A stretch of DNA of 55,128 nt, counting the filler, from Sphacelaria rigidula (Eukaryota): the NCBI GenBank assembly GCA_964200075.2. It is 5 parts of 5 records of this genome, joined end to end, with 100 filler letters (N's around TTAATTAATTAA, not from the genome) between each part and the next. Parts side by side here need not be neighbours in the genome. Positions count along the whole stretch, not along the records: positions 1 to 10,946 come from CAXNAA020005640.1; positions 11,047 to 21,992 come from CAXNAA020005641.1; positions 22,093 to 33,038 come from CAXNAA020005642.1; 2 more parts are not named here. One strand, 5' to 3'. The notes below the pieces were generated by a model. The model was given only the letters and a program-made list of their open reading frames with translations, was not told the origin of the DNA and made no database searches. The position numbers and the translations under genes were made by a program. Position 1 is the first letter of the stretch. Every line of letters begins with the position of its first letter. Positions 10,613 to 24,387 of this stretch are shown here, piece by piece.

Positions 10613-10946
10613 TGTTACGGATCGCAGCGTGGCGTGATGGAGATAGTACGATGATGGGTCGTCGGTTTCAAAACGACACTATGCCCGGAGGGCTGATTGC
10701 GGGAACTAGCTAGTACCGTGGTCAGGGGTGAAGGCGGTGTAATTCGTCAAAAGACGGCATACATAAACATGCCTCTTTATATCTGATCGGGTTCGGTTTT
10801 TACAAGAATCGATCCAGCTGGCACCCTGGGATTCACTCTCTTTTGAGTGCTGAGGTAAATCCCTCCAAGTGGAAAAAGAAATCGAATCAACCTGAAGAGG
10901 TGATCAAGATAGCGTGACGTTCGTCGTGTATCGTTCTGCCTTGGAC
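10613..10946 (+). repeat. 3' LTR (partial, runs off contig end)
   Basis: Starts with TG directly after the polypurine tract. No matching 5' copy found in 1-2284. Confidence 0.65.
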
Positions 10947-11046
10947 NNNNNNNNNNNNNNNNNNNNNNNNNNNNNNNNNNNNNNNNNNNNTTAATTAATT
11001 AANNNNNNNNNNNNNNNNNNNNNNNNNNNNNNNNNNNNNNNNNNNN
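10947..11046. other. Artificial contig linker
   Basis: N44-TTAATTAATTAA-N44, a six-frame stop spacer. Confidence 0.98.
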
Positions 11047-13722
11047 GGTTTAAGGTTCCTTCCTGTCCTCTGGGGACAAAAAAAAAAAAGTTGAGTGTTG
11101 TTTTCAAGGACTTGTGTACAGGTCACTAGTTTCACCAGTTTCTCCTACACATCATAGTTGATAGTTGGACAGGGGGGTTGTTTCAAGTTTTTACCACTAC
11201 TTGTCTAGGTAAATAATATTATAGGACACACTGGCCGTATCTTATCGAGACGAAAAAATTGCCATTCCAAACCCACATCGCCCTACAATCGGTCGCGGCG
11301 ATGCCACCCTCCCCCAAAACTCGGGTGTGAATTTTTGAGGTTTCGTCTGCGTAGTGGTATGAGGTTCGAGTTTGGATAACACTTTTGGGGCCTTGGACGA
11401 TTACGGTGACATGGTTCCGTGGGGAAACATTACGTGGGGGCCACTATCAATAGGCGGCGTAAGCCTACGATACAGACCTGCTGAACAACCGCGAATGCAT
11501 GCAGTTCTGAGTTCTGAAACCCACCGCCCACGACTAAAATACAGAAGGCAGCTCGAGGGGTAGCTTTTGATTTTTGATCACTTCGAGCACACGATTCGCC
11601 TTGGTGGGATAAATCTCGTCGCGTTCATGACACAACTACTACATAATACCGCAAGTATAGTAGTAATAAGGAGTATTTAGTTGACAAGTAATATTTCGTT
11701 AGTTGCTGCTGCTCAACTAGTTGCCCAGGTTCCTAATACTCTCTGGTGGACGCAATGCTCTCCTCAGCCCAAATCACATGCCATAGCTGGTGAGACAAAA
11801 ATAACGTACGAGCAGCGTGAGACAAACCTAGACGGTAGGGTGGGTAAATACAGTTTCAGTTTACGAATACACCGCCGGCTAATGGTTTGTGTCCTCTTGG
11901 ATACAGGTGCTCCATGCGTTAGGGGGGAAAAAGAACGCCACGACCGATCGTCCACGGTCGGCCGGCGTGTGTACCTGGAATAGAGACTATTATAGAAGAA
12001 AACGAATAGCGGCTAGGGGAGGCGAACAATTACGTAATGCGAGAGAGGATCTTTACGCACGATATATGCATGCTTCGGAGTCTATGCTTGACCCTATCGC
12101 GCCTTCTGCGCGTTTGTGCAACCCGCGCGTGTGACAACTGCCGTGTGCTGTGGTCGACCGAAAACAGGGACTTCAACATGTGCAGTGGCGTACAGACTAC
12201 ACTAGGGAACGCTACATCATGCTACCATGCACTATACCACTCTACAGAGTACCGTCAACAGACTACGGGCAGTCGACTATTATTAGTAAGCACTTGTACC
12301 TGGTGTAGAGCGTACCCCCATAACAAGGACTGTCAGAACGAATTAGATTCAACATGGTGCAGGAACGACCCCCTCCCTCGTCCACTCCACACGGGGAAGG
12401 CTGACATCATACGCTCTATGGAAAACGTGTGCTCACCTTTATGCAGACAGAGAATTCGCCCACGGCATGATCTCGATTCTTGCCAAAGCGCCCGAACGAA
12501 GACATGCCTCCCTCCTGCCGCTCCTACCCTCCCAGCTCCCCCTCTCCAATACGTCGGAGTCGCCAGGTGCTGGTGTGGGCTGGTGCGGTAGTCCCTTGTA
12601 GATTGTTCTCTCGCTACAATACGGACTGGTGTGCGAGGTTTTCCTTGTATCCCCCGTGAAAAGTGTCACGCCGTGTGGCCGCTGAACCTTCGAAGGTGTA
12701 GGGGTTGATCGCCTTTGGCTAAAGCAGGTTGACCAAGGTTTTCCCCTACAGTATGTAATAATCGATCTATCACCTTTCTGTTGCTGGCTTCGCTGAATTT
12801 AGCCCAAGCTTTCGGACTTCTTCGTTGATTTTATACTTACTGCACTGTGCTACTATACGACTTGTGAACTGCTGATCTCTTTTGTCCTGGTGTGTTCCTG
12901 CTCTTCCCCTTTCTTTCCAGATGGGTGTATACAAACGGTTTCCTCTGGAGCAGCCGCTACTTACAATTTCCCCCCCACTCTGCCAACCCTCCTTAGTGTT
13001 GCCGCTGCGGCAGTCCTACGAAGTCTATTGAGGGAGCAGCAACACCCAGTCGATGATGATACTGTAGGTGGTCGGGCTGGGCAATTTTCACGGGGGTTGC
13101 AGCGGCGATCCCTCTTCGACCGCTCCCCCTCGAGACGTGCGACCATCCAGGGCCGGGTGTCCCGCAAGGCCGGCCGCGTGGGCGAGGTGGGCGGGGTCTT
13201 TTTCTACCCTAGCTTTCAGATGCCAGGGCAGAGATGGGATTGAATATGGCAAGCCCGGGTGACCTCTGTGTACGACCGAGTATGCTCGCTAGTTGCCCCT
13301 GGGGCAGATTGGGGAGATGAGTGATGTTCTGGAAAATGCCAAACGTACGCCACCCGCAACCAAGATGGCGATACGATATTTCCGAGGTAGGCAGTGCTGG
13401 GGAGTGTATCTGTGGATATGCTTATCTCGATTCGGGCTTCTTTATTCCTCTGTCTCCCTTATCCGTTGCAGTGTCTCCAGCGGAGTGCGTTCAGGGCGGA
13501 GTCTTTAATGAGAGCTCAGATGTTTTGTGTATGTAAACTTGCAAAATTGCTGAACAAGGAAGAGAGTCTTCGGGCGCGATGTTTTTGATAACTATTGCCA
13601 TGATCCAATTTCCCACTTCGGGTCTGAGAATTATGGGCATGAGAGATACGAATCTTAGCCGTCAGGTCGGCCACAGACAATCAGACCTGTCGTTGATGGT
13701 TGTTGTCACCACGGCTACTGCA

Positions 13723-16700
13723 ATGGAGAAACACAAGAAGCGTTCGTACGAAGAAGAGACTTCATTCGTGTCCAGAGAGGATGAGCAGCGATTCCGCATC
13801 GATCCGGGCTTTGTGCCAAATATGAGGGCGAGTGCATTGCATGTTGTTGAACACTCAGCGTTGATTTCTGTCCGAATTGGTCCGCAGGTTGGCTGCTGAT
13901 GTTGATCTGCTACCCCACTAGTGAAGGCAGGGGGCGCGCGGCGCGCGAGAAGGGACTCTCCTTGGAGATCCGAGTCATCACGTTAGCACATTGTCATTCT
14001 AGTTCGTCCACATGTCTACTGATTGCCTTTGAGTTCTTTGTTTCTGTCACGGTCTTGTGCACGTTGTATCCACATGGCCCTCAAACCAGTATATGATACA
14101 GACAGAGGTGATGTAACCCGCCCAGACCGACAACGGTGCCCTACCTTACATCACCTATCGCGAATTCTTGGAACTCGGTTTGCAACGTACATGCGCCACC
14201 GAAAATGGCACGCCCACGAACTGTGGTCTGCTTCCCGTGGTCTCTTGCTCCGCGGATGAACAGGGTTGAAGCTAGAGTTACTCTACTAGTACTTGAGAGC
14301 CAAGTCATATACATATTGCGGTACCAGTGCGTGTAAAGTGAGGCTGCTACCACGTCTCCTGCGACTCGTGAAAGCCTCCGTTTTTACCCTACATGACCTT
14401 GTAAAAAGTTCAATACGAGGTATTATGTAGAGCACCCACCGTATATATATATTCGTGGGTCAATGGTTTCATCCCCAGGGGTGCTGTATAGGGAGTGGAA
14501 TATAACATGTCAGGAAATGTCAGGACATGTTTAACCCTTAGACCGCGATGCGGGTAGTTCATCTGGATAACGCATACTTTTTCAAGTAAAATTGATGCCG
14601 ATTCAGCAGGTAACCTACCCTCGCGGTCAAAGGATTAAGTCCGATGGGTCGCCAGCCGGGTATGACCGCACTGTGCTGGGACCTGAATAGTGCCAAAAAT
14701 CCAAATAATACAGGCTGGACCGCCCAAGACGCGGACAGGGATGTGAACACGCGATTATGCAGCTCAATTTTGGGTCGACTTCTATGAAATTTTGACACGA
14801 TGTACAGAACGTATGTGCGAAGACTCCATCATCTACCCCCTACTTTTTGCTTTTTTTTCGTGAGTTATTGACGATTTAGTTCCGAAAAAGCTGTTCTGAA
14901 ATATTTAGCCGCCAAAAACCCACGGAGAAGAATAAATTGTAGGGGTTAAATGATAAGGTCTTCGCACGTACGTCCTGTACATCGTGTAAAAAATTCCTAG
15001 GAAATGACCCAAAATTGAGCTGCATTATCGCGTGTTCGTGTCGAATACCGGTTCCTACGTGGAGATGTACTATTAATAGCCACGAAAAAAAACGTGGTTA
15101 TGCTGTTCAATTTCGAGTCCTTTTCCACGAAATGTTGACGCAATACGCATGAGGTATGTTGTAAAGACTACTGTATTATCCCCCCTTGATTTTTTTCTTC
15201 AATGAGTTGTCGACGAGTTTGTACCGAAATAAATTGTTCCGAATTTTCGATCACCAATAACTCATGAGCGGAAACAGTAAAAAGTGAAGGGCAAACGAGA
15301 GGGGCTTCGCGCATACCTCATGTACATCGTGTCAAAATTTCATAGCAAACGACTCAAAATTGACCAGCGCAACCGCGCTTTTCCGATTAGAACAGCTTGA
15401 CTTGCTTTGAGGGTACAACAACCTCAGCCGGAACTTTGACGTTTTCTACAAGCTTTTTACACCCACTGCTCACCGGTTCGCACAGTATGAATACTACCAG
15501 ACGCCTTCGCGCGCTGGAGGTCTCATCTGGGTGCCATCTCAGACACTGCGCGCCTACAGTACGACATGCATTGTCGTACAACACACTTTGTGGGCGCGGC
15601 ACAATTGCGACCAACTTTTATGGCAGTCACGAATCTCGATTTTTTTTATCGTCGAGGGGGGGAAAAATCGGGGAACGCATTTATGGACACGGATTTTGAC
15701 CAAATCGGGGGCGAAAAAAACAGGGAGTCACGATCTCGGAACGTTTTTCCCCGAGTTTTTCCTAAACTCGGGGGAAATCGTTTCGAGATTGTGACTCCCC
15801 CCGATTTTTTTGAGGTGACATACGTGCATCGACGAACAATTCTAGAGTACGAGGCGTTTGATATTTTTGCAGCGGCAGCAAAAGACAGTCTCGTGAAAGC
15901 GCAGGGCGTGCCTACTGCCCGCGCCAACTTCTGAAGCACCTTCGCATGGGGTTTGACAAGCGGATAGTAAGTGCTGACGCCGTACCCTGCGATGATGGCA
16001 ATATGTATTACTGTAACGAACGCTACTGTACTCTCCTAGATGTTGTCGCTGTACTTGAGGGTGATGTACGGCACTGCACAACTGAATTCTGCTCGCGCAT
16101 TGTTTATTCTCTGTTCTCGCAATACCGACTGTACCATCATGTACTATCACACGGCATTATCATGTACTGTACTGATCTACTGTCCTGCACTGTATTACCC
16201 TAGGATACCTAGGTACGACACTGCACTCGAAGGATTGTTTATCGCCTGCCTGCTCCTTGTCTTCATGCATGAGTACGCAGTACCACATTCATGCAGAAAA
16301 TGACCGTCTGAGTTCAGAACCGTTTCATAAATCTGTGGCACTGTACTATATGTACCATAAAATGTTCCCCCCGATTTTGACTTTGCAAAATTGAGTTTCC
16401 CCGATTTTTTCAAAACCGGGATCCCAAAAAATATCGAGACTCGTTGCCATAAAAGCTGGTCTGGCTGTAACCGAAAATGCGATTTCAGCCATTTTTTCTC
16501 CCTAATTCCACCGCATATACCACCCTCAACTCTCTACACTTCGCAGCTGACTACAATTTAATAAGTCGTTTGATGGGAAGTTGTCAGATCGCAGTGCTCC
16601 GTCAAGTGAAAGACGCGCGTTGATTTGCAGATCACCACGACGTGTCATAGTAGGCACAACTCGCGATAGATCGTCAATTAGAACCGGCTCAAGGAAAGTC

Positions 16701-19698
16701 CGCTTCTTTGGCGGCCCAGCCTGTAGCTGTAATAACGGAGGGGGTATTATTTTCTGGAATTTTCCCCAGTATGTTGCCCAAGGGGGAGTGAAGCGGCCGC
16801 GAAGTGCTGGGGACCCCAAGATAAGTTCAGTACAGTGCTACACCAATGTCCTTCGAAAACCTCGGTGAAATATCCGATGGAGGTGGCAGCCCACAAGAAA
16901 ACTTTAGATTTTTGGAGGGAAAAGGAGAGGGATATCCTTTATCGCCAAATAGTCAACAAGCGATAACCGTACAACGCTCTCGTAGAAACAGTACAAGAGC
17001 CTCGTGCAGCGGGGGAAAGTTATGGACCAGATAATACCACAGTCAGGTCAGATTTTGAAATTCTGCAGTGTCGGGCTTTCAGCGTTTTACACATCTACGT
17101 CACAGAACGTGAGTGTCATGTCTGTGGGATCTTTCTGGCAACCACGCACAAACAGTATTCCTCACAACGCACACACAGGGCAGTCAAGAAGTTATAATAA
17201 GTTCCTAGTAAATTTCAGCACAAAATGTTCTGTCGGAAAGGACACGCTGTCGCCACCCGGTGTATTGAACACTGGCATGTTTTCTTCTGTTCGCTTGTGC
17301 CTGTGGACTGTGGATAGCAGCCGCAGGTTTCTGCAGAGAGCAAGCCACCCTTTTTGATAGACAGACAAAAATGGGGTGGACTTCAATGAATTGAGATTCA
17401 TCAATCGTAATCGTTCGCGTGGTTGATAAGCTGGTAGATTGGATGCTGTTGAGCAAGTTGTCCATTTTTTCTTTTGGCAGAACCAACACCTCGCCCCTTA
17501 GAAGTGGCACCCATGCCTCGCGCGGAGCCTCGGCCGGTCCGTTTACACGAAGCATGCGTTGCCGGTCCATTTTGTTGGCGTAGAAAATCACCCCGATGAG
17601 GTCGAAATTATTTGCCCCAGAGTACACCAGGCATGTACCGGTCCCCCAGAAACTACGGACTCATCCCGAGGAAGGAAAGGGGGTGTTGTTCAAAGTATGA
17701 CGAAATTGAAAAACGAAATACTGTACACTGTAACTCATATAGCGTGCACGCGATTGGTGAAACGGCCGGCTCCGTCCCCCTTGACGTGTGTGACAAATTC
17801 CAAAGGTGCCTGGGTTCTTTTACGCCAATGATCGCCTTCAGCAGCTGACTTTCGAGGAGCTCAGGGCCAGCGCAGGCGGGGGAAAAGGGGGGGGGTTCCT
17901 GCCGGCAGTAAAACAGATTGCGAACGTGGCAGCTTTGCCGGGCATCGTGAAGGTCAGCGCGCGAACAGAGTTACGGAGAACAAAGTTGACCACTGAGCCC
18001 ATCACACAGGCGGTGCCGACTTCTGTTGGGCTCACGTGAGAGGCCAATTCGCAACACAAAATCACTTGTGGTGACTGTTCGTGTCGTTCGCGACATTTGT
18101 GCAGGATATCCATATTCTGCCGTCCAACCTGATCCAAGCACAGTATCCGATATCAATCATGAACCCGTAATACGACCAAGAATGTTCTCGAAGCCGGATA
18201 CTTCCTTTGTAGTTATCAATCCGCCGCTCCTGAGGAGGAGTGCGTAGTCTAGGGGAACGAATCAATCCGTCTCTCCCCCGGTTCTTGCCTCGCACTATAT
18301 TTTTGAGAAGTGAATGATGACCACTCCTGCAGCCCATCGGCTTTCATCGACCTTTATTTTTTATCATTGTCGTCGTCACGTGCTCGAGTTCTTCGATAAA
18401 GGAACCAAAACAGTGAGAGGAACACAGACAGAGACAAGAGACAGAAAAGATAGCGAGGCTCAACTATCGGCATACAATTATCCAACATCTGTTTGCCCAT
18501 TGGAGTACGACGGGTCGTTGGTGAACTCTGATGACCATCAAACTTGTATGTGGTGGAGCATCTTATACCAGACTCAAAGATGCTCTACTGAGATATTGGT
18601 ACATCAATCGTGCAGTAACCGTTGCAAAATTTCACAGGTAACATACACATTTACCATGCTGGGAACTGTGGTTGTTTGGTTAATCATGGCGTTGTTGTAA
18701 TCCTCGCAACTCGGAGCGTTCATGGAACAATGTCCGCAGAGATCTCCCATCACACGCGAATTTCAGGTGGCAAAGCGACGATTTCGGCATAATGTGTGAG
18801 AATTGGGAATCAAGAAGGCTAGGATAGGGTCGGCGGCGGCTCACACATGCCTTGCCTTCAAGGAGGAACACTCAAAGGAGCAAAACACCGTGTTAATAAA
18901 ATAAAAAAATGTTCAGTCCGCGATTAGCACGCGACACATGCGACTTGCGAAACAGCACGACTGACATCTTCAGTACTTTCAGAGACGAGGAACATTGTGC
19001 GCTCATAGTTCCCTTGGTCGTCACCTATCGGCTCTCTCGACCCGGGCAACCGCTCCTGTACTCCAACCCACCCCGCTTTTGTCATGCACGTACGTGAACC
19101 GAATCGGATAGTGTTTATTCTGCCTCTCTCGTTGTGGACAGGGGTCGATAGGACTGCCCGATGTGCACTCCGGCTACGGGTTCGCAATTGGAAATGTGGC
19201 CGCTTTCGACATGTCTGATCCCGATGCGGTTGTATCTCCAGGTACGACCATTTGCCTCATTTGGATAGCTAGCTGTCTGTAGAGGTGATCTTAACCGTCC
19301 AATATATCGTTGTCGTTGGACGCTTGCTTTCGTTTTCACTGACGATATTTTCCGCCGCGTTCGTACCGCTCGTCCGCGTTGCCAACGCCCCCAGTCCCTT
19401 TGGCCTGCTTACGACTTGTTTAATTTATTGTCGCTATCTTGCCCGGCACATTTGTAGGAAATTCTCCCCTCAAATTCCGCATCCTTTCCTTTTCAATACG
19501 TGCTCTCATTTTCCTTCCCTAGGGGGAGTAGGGTTCGACATAAATTGCGGCGTTCGATTAGTCCGGACGAATCTGTCATTCGAAGACGTTCTGCCTGTCA
19601 AGGAGCACCTGACTCAGTCGCTGTTCGACCACATCCCCGTGGGCGTGGGTACCAAGGGCATCATCCCGATAACCGCCGCAGATCTCAACGATGCGCTG
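13723..19698 (+). CDS. RTCB: RNA-splicing ligase RtcB (tRNA ligase catalytic subunit), first four exons; 3' part not on this contig
   Basis: Exons 13723-13827 ([21 protein letters not shown] donor), 17806-17952 ([29 protein letters not shown]), 19142-19241 ([27 protein letters not shown]) and 19523-19698 ([26 protein letters not shown]). Phases join in frame. PDVHSGYG and DINCG are RtcB active-site motifs. Confidence 0.96.
14535..14634. mobile_element. 100-bp piggyBac-like MITE in RtcB intron 1
   Basis: Flanked by TTAA (14531-34 and 14635-38). Imperfect TIRs cccttagaccgcga / tcgcggtcaaagga. Confidence 0.65.
14745..15385. repeat. Two tandem foldback units with about 80-bp inverted arms
   Basis: 14745-14827 is the inverted complement of about 14957-15037. 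A diverged second pair lies at about 15088-15170 and 15303-15385. Confidence 0.7.
15609..16461. mobile_element. Non-autonomous TIR element
   Basis: Ends gaccaacttttatggcagtcacgaatctcgat and atcgagactcgttgccataaaagctggtc are inverted repeats. The terminal motif is shared with 53407-53866. Confidence 0.7.
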
Positions 19699-19920
19699 GT
19701 GAGATCAGTGTTCGTTTTTTTTTTTTTTTATTTTTTTTTTATGGTACTTTTTTGCCCTGATTTTTTCGAGTTTCGTCGCGTTCAGTGCCGTGCATGATGG
19801 AGTTGATTTTGATGTGTCCGGGTACGTCTATCACGAGACCACGGCTGGACCCCTGGGGGGTCAGTTAAAGTACGACAATCAAGCAATCAATCATCAAAAG
19901 CCAAACACCCTACGTCATGC

Positions 19921-19971
19921 GGTTACTGGTTACTGGTTACTGGTTACTGGTTACTGGTTACTGGTTACTGG
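19921..19971 (+). repeat. (GGTTACT)7 microsatellite
   Basis: Directly visible 7-mer array. Confidence 0.95.
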
Positions 19972-21992
19972 GATATGTCAGGTGGTCATGTGTACGGTTG
20001 GTCCAGTTATGATGAAGTCCTCGCCTTCATCTGTACGTACTGCAGTGTTTGCCTTGTCGTGCTATTGGAGATCATGTCGGTACCTGTGATGATCACTTCT
20101 CCCCGTGGTGCAGACTGGTACATTTCACATGATAAGTTGTAGTCGGCTGGCTGATTTTATGGGCGTGAGTTTTCCGCGATTTTTTGTTGTTTGTGATCTT
20201 CTGCGTCTGACAAGGTGTAAATGACAGTTGGCGAAAGAGGTGAGGTGGGTTTACCCGAGTTCGTGTCTCCAAATCCATGGGTAAGCACATGTTTAAAATA
20301 CCGCTAGGGTGGATTGTTATCGAGGATGATTATCATTGAAAAAAATTGGCTTTGGAGAAATGGTTGCCCCCCCCAATGATCAGTTTGAGTCTTATCGAAA
20401 AGCAGTTTTGTTTAGATCGAAGCCCAGATCTGCACAAAGGTTCATAAATGCAGTGGTTCTGGAAGTGATCGTTAGTCCAACATATCTGTATTGGTACAGA
20501 GGACGCAACAAGGCAACACAACACCTACACTCCGAGCCCCGACGTGACACGCACAGGCACCCAGCACTCGTGCGCACGGGACCTGGGGTAGTCGTTGCTC
20601 ATTTACACACGGTAATCTTTGTTTGACGGAAATCCACTGTGTTTTGGAGGAAGGGCGATCGAGTGCGTGTCGAATTCCAACCGAAAAATATACCGTTGCT
20701 GTCCGTCTGTGGGCGTGTGCTGTGCGTGCGTTTCACACAAGTCATAGATTCTCATTGAAGTCTCGACATATTTGAGCAAGGTCGCGCACAGCGTGCCCAG
20801 CAGCTCAGCAGCTCAGCAGCTCAGCAGCTGCGATTCGAGCTGTGTTTGGGTTTGAGAGGACAGCGCGTTCCTCAGGTCCACGTTTGATTGTGCTGAGTTG
20901 TGTGACAAGCCTTTTGCATGTGCTCCTGACTACGGGACGTGTATGTTCTCGTTCGAGGTCAACACAAGTCTTTTACAAAAGTGATTTTTGGGGTACATTT
21001 TGTTTTTGGGGGGGGAGGGGGGTCGTATCCAAATAACCACTCACAGGCCGTTTATATCACGACCGATTTTGTGAAAAATGATCATCATCTTCGATGAGAG
21101 CCCGCCTTACACTTCCGCCAACGCTACCCCCAACCCCAACCGCAATCCAAGACACACCAAAAACCCTCAGGCAAATAAAGTGCGAAGGGTGCCCTAGGCA
21201 AAGTGTGCCTTGGCAAACCTCTAATCAGGTGCGTTCTGCGCACGCTAGGAGCATCTGGGACTGCAGCCCCACTGAAGATCCGAATCTTCGTGTTGATCGT
21301 GAATTTCGGGATACGAACTGGAATTAAATCTACTGAAATAGTTGGACGAACGTCGATAGAAAGAAGGACTGCTGATCTACTGCTCCATTATGGAATGGAA
21401 AGTGTAAGGACATGAGTAAGCAAAAATAGGCGACTGGGTTGGTGTGACGTGAGTTGACGTGGAGCGGGAGTGCTGATCCAACCCGCGAGATCAAAATGAA
21501 AGGCACGTACCGGGGGAGAAATGGGTTGATCCCTTGTGACCACGGGCTCATCCCGAGGAAGGGGAGGGGTTCAAAGTGTGAGGAAAAAAGTATATATATA
21601 TATATATATACATATACAATGCAAAGCAAGCATGTCAGACCGCGGGACAGGTGGGGATTCAAACCTTTCGTTACGTCTACAGGCTCGTTCCGATGAAGAC
21701 GAGAGAGAGAGGGGGTGATATTCACGACAAGCGAACTGGCTCTAGAGTCATGCTACGATCTGGGGGCGGGATGTTTATTTCCACACAAAAAAGGATTCAT
21801 AGATGTGTCAGACGACCTAACACACCCGCGGCGCGCTTGTTTCGGGGCAAAAATGGTGTCAAGCAGTATGAATGAGCGTTATGTATCGGTAACAGAGCGC
21901 GTTTGAACGGCGATTTTAAGTGGATTTTTATGGAAAAAATGCCCCCCCCCTCCCTCCCACACCTCTAGACTCTTGGGTTGGCGTCGAGTGGC

Positions 21993-22092
21993 NNNNNNNN
22001 NNNNNNNNNNNNNNNNNNNNNNNNNNNNNNNNNNNNTTAATTAATTAANNNNNNNNNNNNNNNNNNNNNNNNNNNNNNNNNNNNNNNNNNNN
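21993..22092. other. Artificial contig linker
   Basis: N44-TTAATTAATTAA-N44. Confidence 0.98.
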
Positions 22093-23085
22093 TCGTTTAG
22101 ACGCCAGACACGTCATTCCTGACCAGCCTCATTGGTCGTTCTGGAGGTCCGGTCCCAAAAGGGTAAAAGTCTGATTGCGTGTCGGAAAAATGACTCGAAA
22201 ATCTCACTCGACTTGGCTTCAGTACAATCTGTGCTTAAGCAGCTATTATACGTCCTGGACACCTTTGTGCTGACAATAAATTCATAAATCAAATACAAGA
22301 ATGCGTAGGTGGTTTGCAGACCATCAAAATTCCGCTTGAAAAGGTTTGGCGGGATAGTATCTACGCCGCGAATTTAACAACGCGATAGAACTTGGACAGC
22401 CTTACAAATACCGGAACGTCACAGTGCACTTGTGTAGTACTCTCTGTCTGTATCCAACCCTTCGAAACACAACGGCTTGGCGATAGAACCCAAACTCCGG
22501 ATAAGTGCATGACTTATGTGGCACTTGCCTCAAAGAGCAACATACGGCGAAACCACTCATCATAAGTATATTACAAGGCAAAGAGCGATTGGATTCGCCA
22601 GCAAGAGTCATCTGCGGCAAAATCGCCGTGCTCACTATTATTTTGTTGATTTTACAGAAGTTATCGTTTCGACCACATCCTTGATCCTCAAACGCAATGA
22701 AAATAACTAGTGATTTCTTCATGCACACAGAGCCGACTGCGACAACTCGAAATCCGCTGTGTAGCTAAGCACATACCTACCCGTACCCTCCAGTGCTGGT
22801 GCTGCACACTACCGCACAGTAAAACACAATATTTGGCTTAGGTTCAAAGCTTTCTTTTGGCGAGAAGTTTAGCTAAATTTCGCGACGAACATGTTACGAA
22901 GTAGTGCCGGTTTCTCATCTCTTCGTTACATCTTCGGTGCCGGCCCTACCAGCGAACCTCATTTTTGCCATTCGTTGAAGACGTGGTCTGTATATGCGCA
23001 GTCGAAAATATAACACGTCAAAACCAATCGAGGCAGGGCGCCTGTAACATTTCCTGCAGGAGCCATGCCCCCCCCCCCCCGCCCT

Positions 23086-23880
23086 CTAGTCAACGTATTT
23101 GGTGTGGTATTTATGGATGACCTGATAATAGGAATGGAAGCAGCAAAAGCAAGGAATCAAGGTGGATAAAGATACGGTATCAGGATTTATGTTCGCGGAT
23201 GGTTTTGTGGGGATTTCAGGAACAACAAAAGGATTACAGAAACAGATAGACAAGGCACTAGAGTACACTAGGAAATGGAAAGTGACGGCGAACGTCAACA
23301 AATGCGCGGTACTCGTCTGTAAAACGAAGATGAGAAAAATACGGCAGAGTTCAAATGGAAGTGAAGAGGAATTGCCGCTCGTAGAGCAGTATGCATACCT
23401 TGGCGTAGAGATTTCAAGAAACCGTTGTTGGGATGCAAACATAAATGAAGTAATAGAAAAGGGTAAGGCACAGATGGGCAAGATGGACGTGGTCCTCATA
23501 GCACGTAAATACTAGGATTAAGAGATGTATCCTGATGGACGTGATTGTACCAAAGCTGGAATACCCAGGAGAAGTATGGGGAGGGAACGTGAAGTTGGTG
23601 AAGAAATTGAAAACAGTACAGATGGTAGCAGCTAGGAAGATACTTGGATGCTCGAAAACGACGAATATTACAGCAGAGTTGGGGATGCACTCACCTAAGA
23701 CTAACAGAGACACGAGTAAATTGCGATGGGAATGCAGCTCAAAAAACATGCAGAGAAAGAGATTGCCAGCTATAGTTGATGGGGCTGTATGGAAGAAAAT
23801 CACAAAAGGGAAGGCTGGAATAAGGTGGGATAAAGAAGTCGAGAGAGTATGGGAAGAGATGGGAGGAAATCGACAACACA
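23086..23880 (+). mobile_element. Non-LTR retrotransposon (LINE) reverse-transcriptase C-terminal fragment, decayed
   Basis: FMDDLI..GFMFADGFVGI (degenerate FADD), LQKQIDKALEYTRKWKVTANVNKC, YAYLGVEI, PKLEYPGEVW, AARKILGC: LINE RT palm/thumb pattern with frameshifts. Confidence 0.88.
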
Positions 23881-23915
23881 CGAAGCAACCACATGCCGCA
23901 CCCGACCCGCGAGTC

Positions 23916-24337
23916 CTGGCGAAATAAATCCGCGGCAAATTTGGTTTCGGGAATGATCTTATGGTAGCACACGGATTTTCACACTGTCCCTGCCTGGCGA
24001 GTGGTTCTGCGTCATCTCACGGATTTTCACACCACTCCGCCGACGGGTTCGACTTTAGCAGAAACAAGGGGGGCATGGTCGCTTACTGGTGTGCTCGAAA
24101 GAACCGGCAATGGTGTTGGTGGGGTGCTGATGACCTCTCTGTGGCAGTGACGCTAAATCACTACAGCACACCACAACACACGAGACACCTACGAGACTGT
24201 GAGCTGTTGAAACACGCTACACATGAAACTCGAAACCCTGGTGGAGGTATACAAATCAGAACAATATGGTATGAAAATCTGTGTGCTGCCATAAGATCGT
24301 TCCCGGACCCAAATTTGCCGCGGATTTATTTCACCAG
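23916..24337. mobile_element. MITE with about 65-bp terminal inverted repeats
   Basis: ctggcgaaataaatccgcggcaaatttgg..cacacggattttca at the left end and tgaaaatctgtgtg..ccaaatttgccgcggatttatttcaccag at the right end. Confidence 0.8.
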
Positions 24338-24387
24338 TATTCACAAATTTGTGGGCCAAAAATCTGTTGCCATAACATCCGGTCTAA

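Larger units (their letters stand above)
2285..10946 (+). mobile_element. Ty3/Gypsy LTR retrotransposon, decayed copy, carrying a DNA-methyltransferase-like domain plus chromo-like and Tudor-like domains
   Basis: gag-like ORF, then PR (LLDTGAG), RT (QDYRGLN, SVDLASGFFQ, WLDD), RNase H (HSDAS, EREVVAV, VTDCSAL) and integrase (HTTHGH..CGC, D-D-E, GPW), i.e. Gypsy order. Polypurine tract followed by a TG-starting LTR at 10613. Multiple frameshifts and stops. Confidence 0.95.

Noticed and set aside
10991-11002. TTAATTAATTAA recurring about every 11 kb
   Set aside because: It is an artificial six-frame stop linker embedded in Ns.
19921-19971. Telomere-like repeat
   Set aside because: GGTTACT is not TTAGGG, and the array is short and internal.
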